From: Catajapyx aquilonaris
Lineage: Eukaryota
Assembly: GCA_000934665.2 (NCBI GenBank)
Contig: KZ538539.1
Span: 1 to 64,000, forward strand
Length of the DNA stretch: 64,000 nt
Direction: 5' to 3'
The position numbers were made by a program, and so were the translations under genes. The notes under the pieces are model-generated. The model was not told the DNA's origin, made no database searches, and was given only the letters and a program-made list of their open reading frames with translations. This document shows, one piece after another, positions 49,601 to 60,815 of this stretch; position 1 is the first letter of the stretch, and each line of letters opens with the position of its first letter.

Positions 49601-50401
49601 GACATTGCGCGAGTGCACGTTAAAGATCCCCAGAGTGGCAAAATTTCCAGGAGGAGGACCACCCCCTGGCGTCGGTGTTGGGCCTTAGAGGCAGAAATAG
49701 GCCGACGTTAAGCCCCACTGAACCCAGTATGTGCATGTTATGGCTATGTAGAGACAGATTCAAGACATTTAGTTTTTTAAATATGTCGCACAAGTATGCC
49801 AGTTTCAGCAGAGTCTGATCCCGCGAAATTGTTGGCGTTCACATAATCATCTTCCAGGAAGATTGATTTTTAGTAGATATCAGGGGCGCCTCGCGCGGCA
49901 CCCCTGCTCTATCTCTGTAGCACCCCAGGGTGCCGTAGCACAGACTTTGGGAACCCCTGTCATAGGGTGGAATTGGCGTCCCACTACTAGTTACTGCTAA
50001 CTTAGCAGTACCATGGTCCAACACTGGTACTGTTAAGTTAGCAGTAATATATTAGCAGTGGGAAGGGAGATGAAGTGGCGCCGCGGTAACGCGCGCGCCC
50101 ACGGATATTAAGGTCCCGGGTTCAATCCCCACCCGGGGTTCCCACCTTTATCCGTGCAGAGTTGGGCCATTTCTGGCTTCATTTCGGGTGGCAATTTCCG
50201 ACAGACTAAGCCACCCGGGGGAGTTCACAAAATGACCAAGCAACGACATTGCACTTGCACTTAGCACATCCTCTCCTATTCATTCCCCCTTCGCTCGCGG
50301 TACCCGGGCGTTACGGAAAAGGACCACTTGTAAAAGCTTGTACATCTTAAGCAAATAAAGGTACCGTGCCAGATGCCCAATTAGGGCGGTGCACTAACCC
50401 G

Positions 50402-50492
<91 letters not shown>

Positions 50493-53400
50493 TAGCAGTG
50501 GGACGAAAATTCCACCCATATTCTTTAAGCATTTAAAAGCTGTCAAGTTGTACAGTCAAGAACACATGGACTATTCTCATTACAGGTCTCAGAGAAATGA
50601 CACACCATTGATGCTGGCTGTGAGATCATCGGCTGTAGAGAAGGCAGATATTTTGCTGAAGGAAGGTGCTGATTGTAATATAATTGCAGATTGCCATCAT
50701 CACCTACCTCTCCATACAGCCATCTGGCATGGCAACAAAGAGTAAGTTAAATGTTTACATAGGTCAAATAAGATATTGTATGAAAATAGCTGCAAATGAC
50801 CATCACTTGCCAGCAAAAATTAGATTGGCCTCTTTTTTGAAATTGCTGATATGGTGGTTTTACTGGAAGAGCAAGGTGCATAGTCTGAGCGGAGTTTTTC
50901 CTACAACATTGAAGATGTGCAGAGGACAACCTATTATCATGATACTTAACCCTTTTGAGGGCTACGTGCATGATATGATGTCTTGAGCTTGTTTGAATTT
51001 GGCAGCTCTAGGATGTGCATAGATCATTCGAACTTCGCGGTTCAATTGGTCTACTCTGGAACTTCTCAGAGGTCTTGGTGCAGATAGTCACTGGTTTGCA
51101 AAGTGATTGGTTGCTTATGTGTTGTGAGTTGAAAGGGCAGTTTGGAGCAATCTGTCACAATACCATCTGGAAGCTTGCCTGCAAATTGCCACAACTTCAC
51201 ACACACTAGATTTCGCCAAGTTGGCTGTGGACAAAAAGTGAAACTTTTCTCATTGAAGTGCTGTATCCCGTATGCATGTGAATTTGTGAAGTAGTGAAGT
51301 ATAGGGGTGGAAGGGTGTGTGGGTATTGGTGTCGTGGGGGGATGTGGGGAGCCATCTGGGCCTTCATTGGCAGTTGGAAAGGTAAATAATGGATCTCATC
51401 ATAAACTAGTTGCATAGCCCCACACTATCATGTACATTTTAGGCCCTTGCAAGTGGTAAGGGATTCCCTGTGAGGCCCAAAAGCGGGGCACAAATGTTTG
51501 TCAATGTAAACACTTTATCATGGTTTCTTGTAAGTGTCAGCATATTGCATAACCAGTTTCTAATGGAGAGTTTTTGCCCATGTCAGAAATTATTGCGTAT
51601 TTGAGAGCTGTGTAACTGAAGGACTGTTTATATTTGTTGTCACACACTAAATCACTGCATGATTCAAGACTGTTCATGAGAGAATGACTCACTCTTTTTT
51701 TTCTTGCAGGATGGTCAAACTGCTGCTGAATCAAGCCTGTGATGATGCAAAAACTTCACAGTTTATAAATTCTTCAGGCTCCCAAAATACTGCAGATGCT
51801 TTGTGCATAGCCTGCTCATGGCAGCCGCAGTTGATTCCAATGCTGCTTGAATCAAAAAAGCTCATCCCATGCGGCAGCAACTACCAAGTATCCCTGAGTC
51901 CAAGGGATAGTGTGGCTATCCACTTCCCATTCGAAAGTCCCTGGCCTAAGCCATTTCACCATATATTTATGGCCCCCAAAATTCAGCTAGCAACCTACAA
52001 ATATGACACTCCCTTGGCTCTATTGCTTGCCAATCATACCCAATGTGGTGAGAAGTTTATGGAGCTGCTAGAAATGTTGCTTGAGGCTGGGGCAGAGGTC
52101 AATCCAAAGGAATGCGGCGCAAGTTCTCCATTGGTTTATTATCTTGGATTGCCTTCCGGCAGTAGACTTAAAGATTCAGAACATCTAAAGATGCTGGAAA
52201 CACTGCTGAGTTATGGTCTAGATCCAGATTTCAGGATAAGGTTAGTAATTAAGCTAGAAGAATTCGAAAATTTTAGTACACTTGCGATGAAACCTGGTCT
52301 CGGATTTCAATGTAGGGCTTGATTTCCATGCTGGAACTGAATTAGCTTTTGGATCTGGGTTTACTTCTAGACTTAGATTTGAATATGACATGGAAATCAA
52401 GTCCAATATGAATCTGAGTCATAATCTGGACATCCAGGTACAGTGCTGGACATTAATGGTGTAATACTGGTGGCACCACTAGCCACTGATGGCAAAAGAG
52501 CATATTGACGTAATGAAGTACAAGTAATAGTGGTAGTCCATGGTGATGTCACCAGCTTCACGGACTCATTTGAAACAAGGTGGAGGGAAAGGTGAATGAA
52601 TTCCCTTTTTTCATTATTTTGAGCCAGCGACTTGGACAGATTATGTATATGTGTGACTAGGAACAACATGTTTTATCAAGAAGGAGTTCAGGGGTGTTCT
52701 TGAAGTGCCTGTAAACATCACTTTATTCATAACTTAGCATTTTTATTGACAAATCCCCTCATGACAAGGAAGAAACCTCCTTAGTTCTCCAAGCCACATT
52801 CAAAGCTGTCCATTCCTAATCACCTTTAGAGTCTCACCAGAAATACTGTTGCACTGCTCCATGTGTTTCCTCCTGGTCTATTGGGTCCCACCACATCAGG
52901 ACCACACTGTAATGTCACATATAATCACCCACACACAACCCATAATACGAGTACAACCAAAAAATAATTGGGGCATGAGCAGAGTTGCCTCCTCGTCGTG
53001 TGCTCTGGGACATTTTCTGTGAAACCGTTAAACGCCTCTGAAGGTGATTGGGGATTGACTGTTTTAAACGTGGCGTGGAGAACAAAGGCGGTTTCTTCCT
53101 CATAATGAGGTGACTTGTCAATAAAATGCCAAATTATGAAGAAAGTGGTGTTACAGGCATTTCAGGAACTCACATGAACTCTTGCATCTTGATAAAACAT
53201 GTTGTTTAGTCACACGCACATGATCTCTCAGAGTCGCTGGCTCAAAATCACGATGCCGTTCACGTTTCCCTCCTTCCCTCCAACATGTTTTGAATGAGTT
53301 CACGCAGCCAGTGACGTCACCATGGACTATCATACATTACTCGTCCTTCATCACTTCCATTAGCTCTTTTGCCGCCAGCATCTCATGGCACCACCAGTAT

Positions 53401-56400
53401 GACACCATTAATATCCAGCACTGTATGCATATACTCAAACTGTTTGAATCCAATTCCTAATATTTGTCATTAATGGCAATTACATCTTGGGAAGGGTGAC
53501 TGATGTGCTGATCCAATATTAGTGATCCCTTAATCCTTAATGCTATTACAGTTGAAGACATTGGGGGAAGAATGATCAAGGTCCACTTTTTGTCAAAAAT
53601 GTGTTACATATCGCTGAAGATAGTTTCTCTAGTGTAGAATATGATGGTTTAGTCGTGGTTGTGGAGTAATGATCATAGGTCACTATGGAAGGCCATGAAA
53701 GTGGGATTTACAATGGAACCTTATGGGCCTTCGAAATGTAAAATTGGAATATCTCAGTTTCACCTGAGGTGGACCTGGATTGTTCTTCCCCTGAGGTCTT
53801 CAGTTATTGTGAGCTTTCTTCAACTGTCTTCTTTTCTTGATGGTCAAAATTTAGGTAGGCATGCCTTCATTTTTTGGCTTGAGTTATGCATAAAAGATTT
53901 CTCCTATGCTCCTGTAGGAATTTTAGAACACAAAATGTTAGTGTCACAGTGCAATATTGCACAAGTGTATAATAGTTAAACAGGGTGATTCTCCCGAATG
54001 GAAACCCAAACATTCCTCGATAACTTTTTAACTATGGTATGGTTCCCGATGAAAATTGACATGTACTTACCTTGTATCATGCCAAACAAGGTCTGACTAA
54101 AGAATATACCAATAGTGGTCCCCTCCAGCATCCAAGAATTTTTAAATGTGAGTCTGCATATTGACGAAGACTCCTGTAGATTGGCGGTGGGAATGGCTAA
54201 TCTCCGCCCGCCTGCCTGCTTGGCGAGAGGGCATCTCAAGGCAATGGCACTGTTGCCTTGAGAGATAACCACACATCATAGAGCAATAGGACACTTTCAT
54301 AATATAAGGTGAAGTGGGGTAAGTGCATACACGGGCCGCCATATTGGAATGAAAATGGCTGACGACACCAAAACGCGTCCGGGGATGTTATGTGCAGCTA
54401 CACAAAGAGTGCCATGCACTTACCCTGTGTATGCACTTACCCCACTTCACCTGGTTTTTCACAAGGGATGTCCCTACCTGAAGCTTGTTGGTTGGTTGGA
54501 AGGGTTACCCAGCTTGTATGGCTCTTTCTGAGTTGAGCCTTGGCAGCCGGGGGTAGGAGAGGAAGGTGTGGGATTGCAAGGTAGGGGGTGGGTGAGAACA
54601 TGTGTTGCACACCTTTACATGAATAAGGGCCTTGCATTCGGTGATAAAACACTGATAAAACATGAAACTCGCCCCAATTGGTCTTTGGACACTACTGAAC
54701 ATGTCTGGAAGTGAGGCCACTATGGATGACCCCGCTGGGGGTCACTCGCAGGGTTGCCAGATATAATGGGCTCTCTAAGTAAAGTATGTGAATAGGGAGC
54801 TTGCATTCGGTGACAAAGACGTGAAACTCGGTACAATATAGTTCTTTGGACACTTCCGAACATATCTGGACGTGGGGCCACGATGACCCACCCCGAGGGA
54901 GGGCACTATCGCGGCGTTGCCATATATAGTCGGAGCAACCTAGGCTGACTCCATATGAATAGGGAGCTTGCATTTGGTGACAAAGCCATAAAACTTGGTA
55001 CGTTAGTTCTTTGGACACTTCCGAACATATCTGGACGTGGAGCCACGATGACCACCCCGAGGGTGGGCACTATCGCAGGGTTGCCATATCTAACAGAATG
55101 TGCAACGTGTTTATATTTGAATAATGAGCTTGCATTCGGTGACACAGTGCCCAGTGAGCTTGAGGGATCCCATCTGATCATGCCTCTGATTGGTGCTTTA
55201 TGAAACATCATACATCATGGCCCTTTCTGAAAGTGGTTATGCTATACAAGGGGACTATGTAGTAACATAAAATGTCACTGTTAGCCCACCTCATGTCTTT
55301 CATGGAAAAGTTGTGTAATTTCAGAATGCCACTCGTACGTTGCCTTCACTTATTACAAGCAACTTGGTTTCTCAGTTCTGACGAGTGCGACTTCGATGGC
55401 CCAGATGCACTCGCTGCTGCCTGCCTTAATGACCCACGTTCTCTGGCATACTTTCTTCACCGGTGCCGCACCACACCTCGCCAGTTGCTGAGTCATTGGA
55501 CCAAGTTATTTGAGGTGGCAGCGAGCAGGCACATGGAAGTTAAGGAGCCCTACAGAAATGCAATTGCACTGCGCATGAGTACCTCTCTCAAAGTCATTTT
55601 GGCTTACGGCCAGCATGACGTAACCCGAGATGATCTGGTGGGGAGGTTTACTGCCGGTGCGCGGGAAATGATTGCTCTGCCCATTGATGTCGATGAAGAT
55701 GAGCTGCGGGAAATGAAGAGTAAGTACAGTAAAACTTCTATAAGTCGAACTTCCCTAAGTCGAAGTTCTCTATAAGTTGAAGAAAATTATGAGCTTGGTT
55801 GTTCACAATGTAAAATTAATAGGAAATAAACTTCCCTAACTCGAATTTCTATAACTCGAAGTGCTGGCAGGGCCTTACGATGGGATATCAATGCATTTTC
55901 CGTCTCCCTAAGTCGAAATTCATGTTGGGGAGTACGGAAAATTTTCTCATTTCCCAGCCGAAGGGTCGAGAGTAGGCCACATGTACAGAAAATCTCAATG
56001 TCCTGATCTCCACCTACCAGACGTACCGAAAGAAGTGTTTGACTTGATTGTGACAATTGAATCCTTGAATTTAAGAGTAGGCAAATGTCCATAACGGAGA
56101 TTTTTTTGCAACAAAACAATGAGGAACATTGTAAGTGTGATAGTTACAGTTATATTTAAGTTTTGGACACCTTTCGTCGCTGGATATAAAGGTAGCCTAG
56201 CCTTCCTTATAGAGTTATGTGCTATAAAAAATCCAAACTTCTCTAACTCGAATCTTCTATAACTCGAAGTTTTTTTCCTGGTCCCATGGAAATTCGACTT
56301 TAGGTTTTACTGTAATTGAATATTGCTATAAATGAAGAACATTTTTAATGCCTCAAAAAAGTACATGCTCTGTGGTCCTGTGTACTTTGGGTTTTTAACC

Positions 56401-58433
56401 AAACTGATTTTAAATACCCACTCTATTGCTTATTCCAACATCATGGGGTTAAATCTGATCCTACATCTTATTGCTTTTTTACTGTTGTCTAATCCTTCCC
56501 TTGCATTGGCTGCATTTCTAAATCCCCTAATTCCACCACTGGCAGGAAGATGAGTTTACAGTACATGCAGTAGGCACATCGGAATGGGTAGGGCTTCAGT
56601 ACCACTACCTGATTCTCTCCATGTTCCTACTAGTTTTCTTGGGTTTCTCCCATTTCTGCCCACAATCGAAATCCATCAGAAGTGCAGCAAAGTAATGAAG
56701 TAAGGTACTTAACCAAAAGGATCCCCTTATTGTTTACCTCATGATGTCCCTTAGGGGATCTATAGGGGGGTGGCACACCACCATCAGTTTTCTTATTTTT
56801 CCAGCTTCATTCTCCAGTGCAAGGAAACAGGGAAATTGGGAAAGGATAGGGATTGTTGGGGAGGGAACATGGGTGCAAGTGCAATGTCGTAGCTATGGGT
56901 CATGTGCTGTTCCCCAGGAGGTTAGTCTGCCAGACACCTCCAAGGTGCAGGTCAGAGATCCTCCCGACGCAGGCGAAAGGTAGCTCCCAGGCGGGGATAG
57001 AACCTGGGACCTTTCGCTCAGCAAGCCGAGACGTTACCATCTCGGCCACCACACCTCCCTATTATTAATTTATTAGTGTCTTACCTAATTGGCTCAGTAA
57101 CTGTTGATTGACCCATATGCTGAAAATTATACTCATCCGCTTGGATAGTACATCACTGCATATCTCCTGAGACCCGAGAGGAATTTTTAACGCAATGTCA
57201 GTTCCTATTGCATTTTCTGAACATTTTCCCAATAAGAAACGAGAAAAAAATGTTAGTTTTAAAATATCGACAAAAATAGTGACAAACAACCAATGAGAAC
57301 ATTAGGACCCAATTGCTGCTACAAAAGCAGAACGGATGAAAGCTGAAAATTTAAATACCACTTAATGGATCACTAACATAGTGCTCTATCCTCAAAACAA
57401 TGTTTTTTAAATTCATTTGTGGAATTCGTGGTAGCAATTCCTCTCAGAAGACAATTAAAGATAAATGAAATTATTTTTGAACGCCACCACTTCAGGCATG
57501 GGGCTTGCTCCTTCCCTTCTTACCCCCTAACATGGTACCTAGCTATTCTAGATTTTAAAACTGAACTGTATAATGCAAAGCACACTTCCTTATGGGTGTA
57601 CAGGTACAGGCACTTAAAGAAATGCCACAGCCAATTCAGCTAAAAAATAATAATTTCGGATGTCCATTTAAATGGGCATTTGGTCTTAGGAAGAAAAGAA
57701 AATGACCAGTTATCTACAGCAACAAAGATTGTCACAGACACACTTTTCGTACTTCCTAATACACATTCCTTGCGAATCCCAGGGCATTCACTGCATTGCG
57801 AAAATCGCACTCTAAATATGAGTAAAAAAAATAAAACTTATCAGATGAGCGCCTAGCTTCAGCAGCGGAATCCGCCATTTTCATAAGTCATTCAATTTTC
57901 GCTGCCAAAGTCAGATATTCGACACTAGGTGGCTACACCTATTGAGGCCAGATCGGCCAGATTGCAATCATGGGATACCAACAGATTACAGTTATGTTGG
58001 GATCACTAGTTGGCGCCAAAAAAATTATTTGCTGATGTCGACATATGTCGACACCAGGTCTCAGGAGGATATGACCCGCCTTAACTGCTGCTTGAGACAT
58101 TATTTATTATTACTTGGTTCTGTCAGTCTTGCCAATGCCAGAACATGGTTTTTACTAATTTTTGCTCAGTTTGAATATCAATAGGCCAAAAATATTTGCT
58201 GGTACAGTACCTGCAGTGATTACTGTTGTGTTGGCTTTGTTTCAGAAGAGGTTCCCACCCTGTCCTGCCTGACCAGAGCCAGCTTGAGGGAGTTCTTTTC
58301 TCACAAACTCGGACCAGAAATGACGATCAAAGAAGCAATTTACAGTGTTGGTCTTCCGTATCTCCTCCAGGATTTTCTCATGTACAAAGACATTGATTAC
58401 AAGCAGTTCCCTTCTTCATATGGGGACCGCTAA
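38217..58433 (+). CDS. Ankyrin repeat and SOCS box protein (ASB-like Elongin-Cullin substrate receptor), about 645 aa
   Basis: Exons 38217-38266, 40686-40873, 42748-42900, 47549-47825, 50586-50741, 51710-52240, 55325-55719, 58246-58433; all GT-AG with matching phases, 1938 nt. Ankyrin motifs TPLMAS..LVTLLLEKGADVN, GDTPLLIAC, GMTPLHYAA, DTPLMLAV, TPLALL..MLLEAGAEVN. Last exon (not in the ORF track) encodes a SOCS box VPTLSCLTRASLR...GLPYLLQDFLMY. AATAAA at 58573. The first two exons rest on splice phase only. Confidence 0.85.
38292..38536. mobile_element. Small TIR element just after ASB exon 1
   Basis: CATCGTTGATCTGACGAAAGGACGAATT mirrored by AATTCGTCCTTTTGTCAGATTAACAATG. Confidence 0.65.
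38933..39177. mobile_element. hAT-type MITE with perfect 8-bp TSD
   Basis: CAGGGTC...GACCCTG termini; TSD GCCGAAAG at 38925-38932 and 39178-39185. Confidence 0.85.
41539..41883 (-). mobile_element. tRNA-derived SINE, family A, (ATT)n tail
   Basis: Head CCGACTGCTAATCGGGAGGTCCTGGGTTCGAATCCC; 15-bp TSD TTTTGCAGCCATGTT (41524-41538, 41884-41898). Confidence 0.9.
41985..42259 (-). mobile_element. tRNA-derived SINE, family B (V-domain-like core)
   Basis: B box GAGTTCGATCC; core CTCCATGTTCGCGTGGGTTTTCTCGGGGTTCTCCTGTTTCCTCCCACAATC; possible TSD ACCTAAT. Confidence 0.8.
43488..44223 (-). mobile_element. SINE family B, interrupted by a family C SINE
   Basis: 13-bp TSD TTGTCCATAGAAT (43475-43487, 44224-44236); body 44020-44223, tail 43488-43610 with (ATT)n. 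Confidence 0.88.
43611..44019 (-). mobile_element. tRNA-derived SINE, family C, long poly(A) tail
   Basis: Head GGGAGGTGTGGTGGCCGTGATGGTAACG..GGTTCGATCCCC; TSD AACCGACTTT (43601-43610, 44020-44029); tail contains an N gap. Confidence 0.88.
44275..44400 (-). pseudogene. Relic of a hAT-like transposase C-terminal (dimerisation) region
   Basis: FKYDPVISCDVERSISAYKDVLLNRR; lies in a degenerate element spanning about 43345-46663 with AATAGGC subterminal repeats. Confidence 0.6.
44675..46646. mobile_element. Non-autonomous hAT element with TCCGGA-rich subterminal arrays
   Basis: Termini TAGTGCTTCTACAT / ATGTTGAAGCACTA; perfect TSD CTAGAAAT (44667-44674, 46647-46654). Confidence 0.9.
46158..46402 (+). 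mobile_element. 5'-truncated SINE, family E, (ATT)n tail
   Basis: 17-bp TSD TTATAACAAACGTTCGA (46141-46157, 46403-46419); body matches 60106-60417 in reverse. Confidence 0.85.
46782..47012 (+). mobile_element. tRNA-derived SINE, family A (tRNA-Arg-like head)
   Basis: TGGATAAGGCGTCTGACT..GGTTCGAATCC; 14-bp TSD GTCCACTTCGTTGA (46768-46781, 47013-47026). Confidence 0.88.
48250..48532 (-). pseudogene. Mariner C-terminal relic
   Basis: FASDDVEE..IYCRGIR..CLNRGGH across a frameshift resembles the mariner transposase C-terminus. Confidence 0.45.
48990..49959 (-). pseudogene. Decayed hAT Buster/Charlie-type transposase
   Basis: LAYLCDIFKKLNVLNLSL, WIQDPF, LTEFW, VLIPFETSYLCEDGFS; terminus CAGGGGTTCCCAAA at 49959. 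Confidence 0.85.
49453..49724 (+). mobile_element. tRNA-derived SINE, family F, inserted in the hAT relic
   Basis: A box GGTGGATTAGTGG, B box GAGTTCGAACC; 15-bp TSD CAGTATGTGCATGTT (49438-49452, 49725-49739). Confidence 0.9.
50064..50490 (+). mobile_element. tRNA-derived SINE, family D, long (ATT)n tail
   Basis: AGTGGCGCCGCGGTAAC..GGTTCAATCCCC; TSD ATTAGCAGTGGGA (50051-50063, 50491-50503). Confidence 0.9.
52441..53423. mobile_element. Tc1-like foldback element with about 390-bp imperfect TIRs
   Basis: CAGTGCTGGACATTAATGGTGT / ACACCATTAATATCCAGCACTG; TA TSD. Confidence 0.85.
54621..55144. repeat. Tandem repeat of about 167 bp, 3 copies plus a partial
   Basis: Units begin GAATA(G/A)GG..CTTGCATTCGGTGA at 54621, 54790, 54957 and 55119. 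Confidence 0.88.
55727..56312. mobile_element. pogo/Tigger-like MITE
   Basis: CAGTAAAAC..TAAGTCGAA / TTCGACTTTAGGTTTTACTG; repeated TAACTCGAA/TAAGTCGAA motifs; TA TSD. Confidence 0.85.
56734..57059 (-). mobile_element. tRNA-derived SINE, family C
   Basis: Colinear with 43611-44019. Confidence 0.85.
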
Positions 58434-59189
58434 ATCAGTCTATCTATGTCTCTTCAATGACATGCTGTGTTTGTGTTAAGTTATTTTTGGTGGTTTTTTT
58501 CAAGAGTGCAGGTAGATGTGCTGAGCCAATATCTACTCTTGCATGTCACTAAGGGCCAGCTGTACAAAAGCAAATAAATGTTGAAATCTCATATCACATC
58601 ACTTTATGTATTGTGAATGCCTGTCCATAATTGGTGATATTTCCTTCGCTTTTGTACAACTCCCTGTCAGTTTTGCATTTCTTGCAGAGTGATATCTGTT
58701 AATTAAAGAATGATCAGTGAAGGATGTGATTTGTGATGATGTCACATGTGCATATTATGTGTACAGGTAGTCCCCGGTCTATGAACTTTCCTAAAAATGT
58801 CCATAAGTTGGATATGTACGTAACTCGGATCCCTGAGGAAGAGCTCATATATACAGCGAAAAGATTCTGCTCCAATGAACCGCTAACATCACATTCTGTT
58901 AACATGCACGAAGAACGTAGTTTTCCAATTATTTATTTATTATGCAGTATTTATGTTGAACTTGGTGTCGGTCAACGTATGAAGAAGTGATTAAAAGTGG
59001 AGGAATAATTATAAATTTTCCTTCCCGGGAGCCTTGGTAGCCCATTCGTAAGTACAGATCGCTCTTAAGTCGGGTTGATCGTGAACCGGGGACTACACGT
59101 TTTCAGGAGGAGAAGTATGTGTGATGTAAATAAGTTGTGTAGTGGCCTATCTGGCCATTCTGTTGTTGATTCAAACAAGAAGTGGTGTA

Positions 59190-59578
59190 CAGTACCGTTC
59201 ATAAAGAATGGTACAACTCTATATGGACGAAATGTTTATCCTGTTCTCAACCCTTGGGTCGCCAGCATGTTTTTAGGGGTCATGAGGAAGTCCGGGAAAA
59301 GGGAATCAAAATAAAATAGCAAGAAAAGAAAAAAAACAAAGCAAAGTAGGAAAATTGTAGGAGGGAAATTCACATCAAATCTACGTAAGCATTGCACGTG
59401 GTTAAACATTTCGGTAATTAATATTTTTATTTAAAAATCGGGATAGGTCATACAAGTCACCAGAGGTCCAGAAAAGGTTGTCCATAGGGTTTTGTCAAAT
59501 TAATGTTGGGAATAATGCTGGATAATCAGGATAAACATTTCGTCTATAGAGTCGTACCATTCTTTATGAACGAGACTG
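59190..59578. mobile_element. Tc1/mariner MITE
   Basis: CAGTACCGTTCATAAAGAATGGTAC / GTACCATTCTTTATGAACGAGACTG; TA TSD. Confidence 0.85.
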
Positions 59579-60105
59579 TACTATCGGAACAGGATTACTG
59601 TGGACACTCTTCCACAAAAAAACCAAGTGAAATTGTCCTGATAGTACATAGCCATAAGTCAGTCAGAAATAAACCTCTGCGTGGAATAGACTGTGTGTGT
59701 TCTTTCTGAATCTGTCACTGTCTCAATACATCCCTGTCCCAATTGGTGGCAAGCGGACCCCTACATTGTGTGAGAAGGGGGATCGTCAGGACATATGCTG
59801 GAGGCAAGAGCATATGCATGATTGTGCGAGTGAATGCCTATTCAGAGGTGGTGAGTATGTTGGGGTCAAGCCTTTGAAGGAGGCAGACAGGCACAGTGGG
59901 GAACAGTGGTGCCCACGTGACTGAGGTAAGGTGGATGGATCAGGATGAGGTTCATCCTGGAAGGTGTCCATTGATGATGCAGCGTATGATTTGGCAGCCT
60001 GAGAGGTGTGTGGAGCTCATTACAGCAGCCTGGAATGGAGAGGGCTACCCAATTTGAGGCCCACCCTGCGATGCAGTCAGGCCCGTAGCCAGGAGGAGAA
60101 GTATT

Positions 60106-60417
60106 ATACATGAGGTATTACACGGACCTTCATTTTAATCGCATACATACAATACATCCTGCTGCTGCAACGCCCTGGTCCCTGGGCATGGGGGGAAGGG
60201 GGACGTTCCCAAGGGAGGGGGCTGTTATAGTTTCTAGTCATTTCTGACCCTCTTAAAAATACCAGACCTTTTCTCTTGGCCTGGGCAGAAAAGGGAGTGT
60301 GCATCTGCCCGGACATGTTGGGTGAAAAGTGGAAAAAGACCCAACCAAGCAGAGATGACGGGGACTGGATTTGAACCCCGGACCTCCTGCTTGGCTGGCC
60401 AGTAGCATAGCCGGGTC
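60106..60417 (-). mobile_element. tRNA-derived SINE, family E
   Basis: Head CTGGCCAGCCAAGCAGGAGGTCCGGGGTTCAAATCC; body homologous to 46158-46402. Confidence 0.8.
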
Positions 60418-60488
60418 ATTTTCATTTTTTTCGAGCATTAGCTGTGTCAATGTAGAAAAAATAATAATATTAATAACTGTGACCAATC

Positions 60489-60815
60489 AATTAGGGAGAC
60501 GGAGTGGCGCCGCTGTAACGCGCGCGCCCACGGAAGTTAAGGTCCCGGGTTCAATCCCCACCCGGGGTTCCCACCTTCTTTCGTGCAGAGTTGGGCCATC
60601 TCTGGCTTCGTTTCGGGTGGCAATTTCCGATAGACTAAGCCACCCGGGGGAGTTCACAAAATGACCAATTAACGACAGCGCACATGCACTTTGCACATCC
60701 CCTCCTACAATCCCTTGGAACATATTAAGTAATGTTTCATTACATAGTTCCCAATGGTGGTATTTCCACCCCCCTATAGACCCAACAGGTCATAACGGGG
60801 TAAATTTAAAAAAAA
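60489..60815 (+). mobile_element. tRNA-derived SINE, family D, poly(A) tail
   Basis: First about 215 bp nearly identical to 50064-50280; TSD AACTGTGACCAATC (60475-60488, 60816-60829). Confidence 0.9.

Noticed and set aside
50347..50532. Poly-Ile, poly-Tyr and poly-Asn ORFs (also 41537, 46362, 23827)
   Set aside because: Translations of (ATT)n SINE tails or microsatellites.
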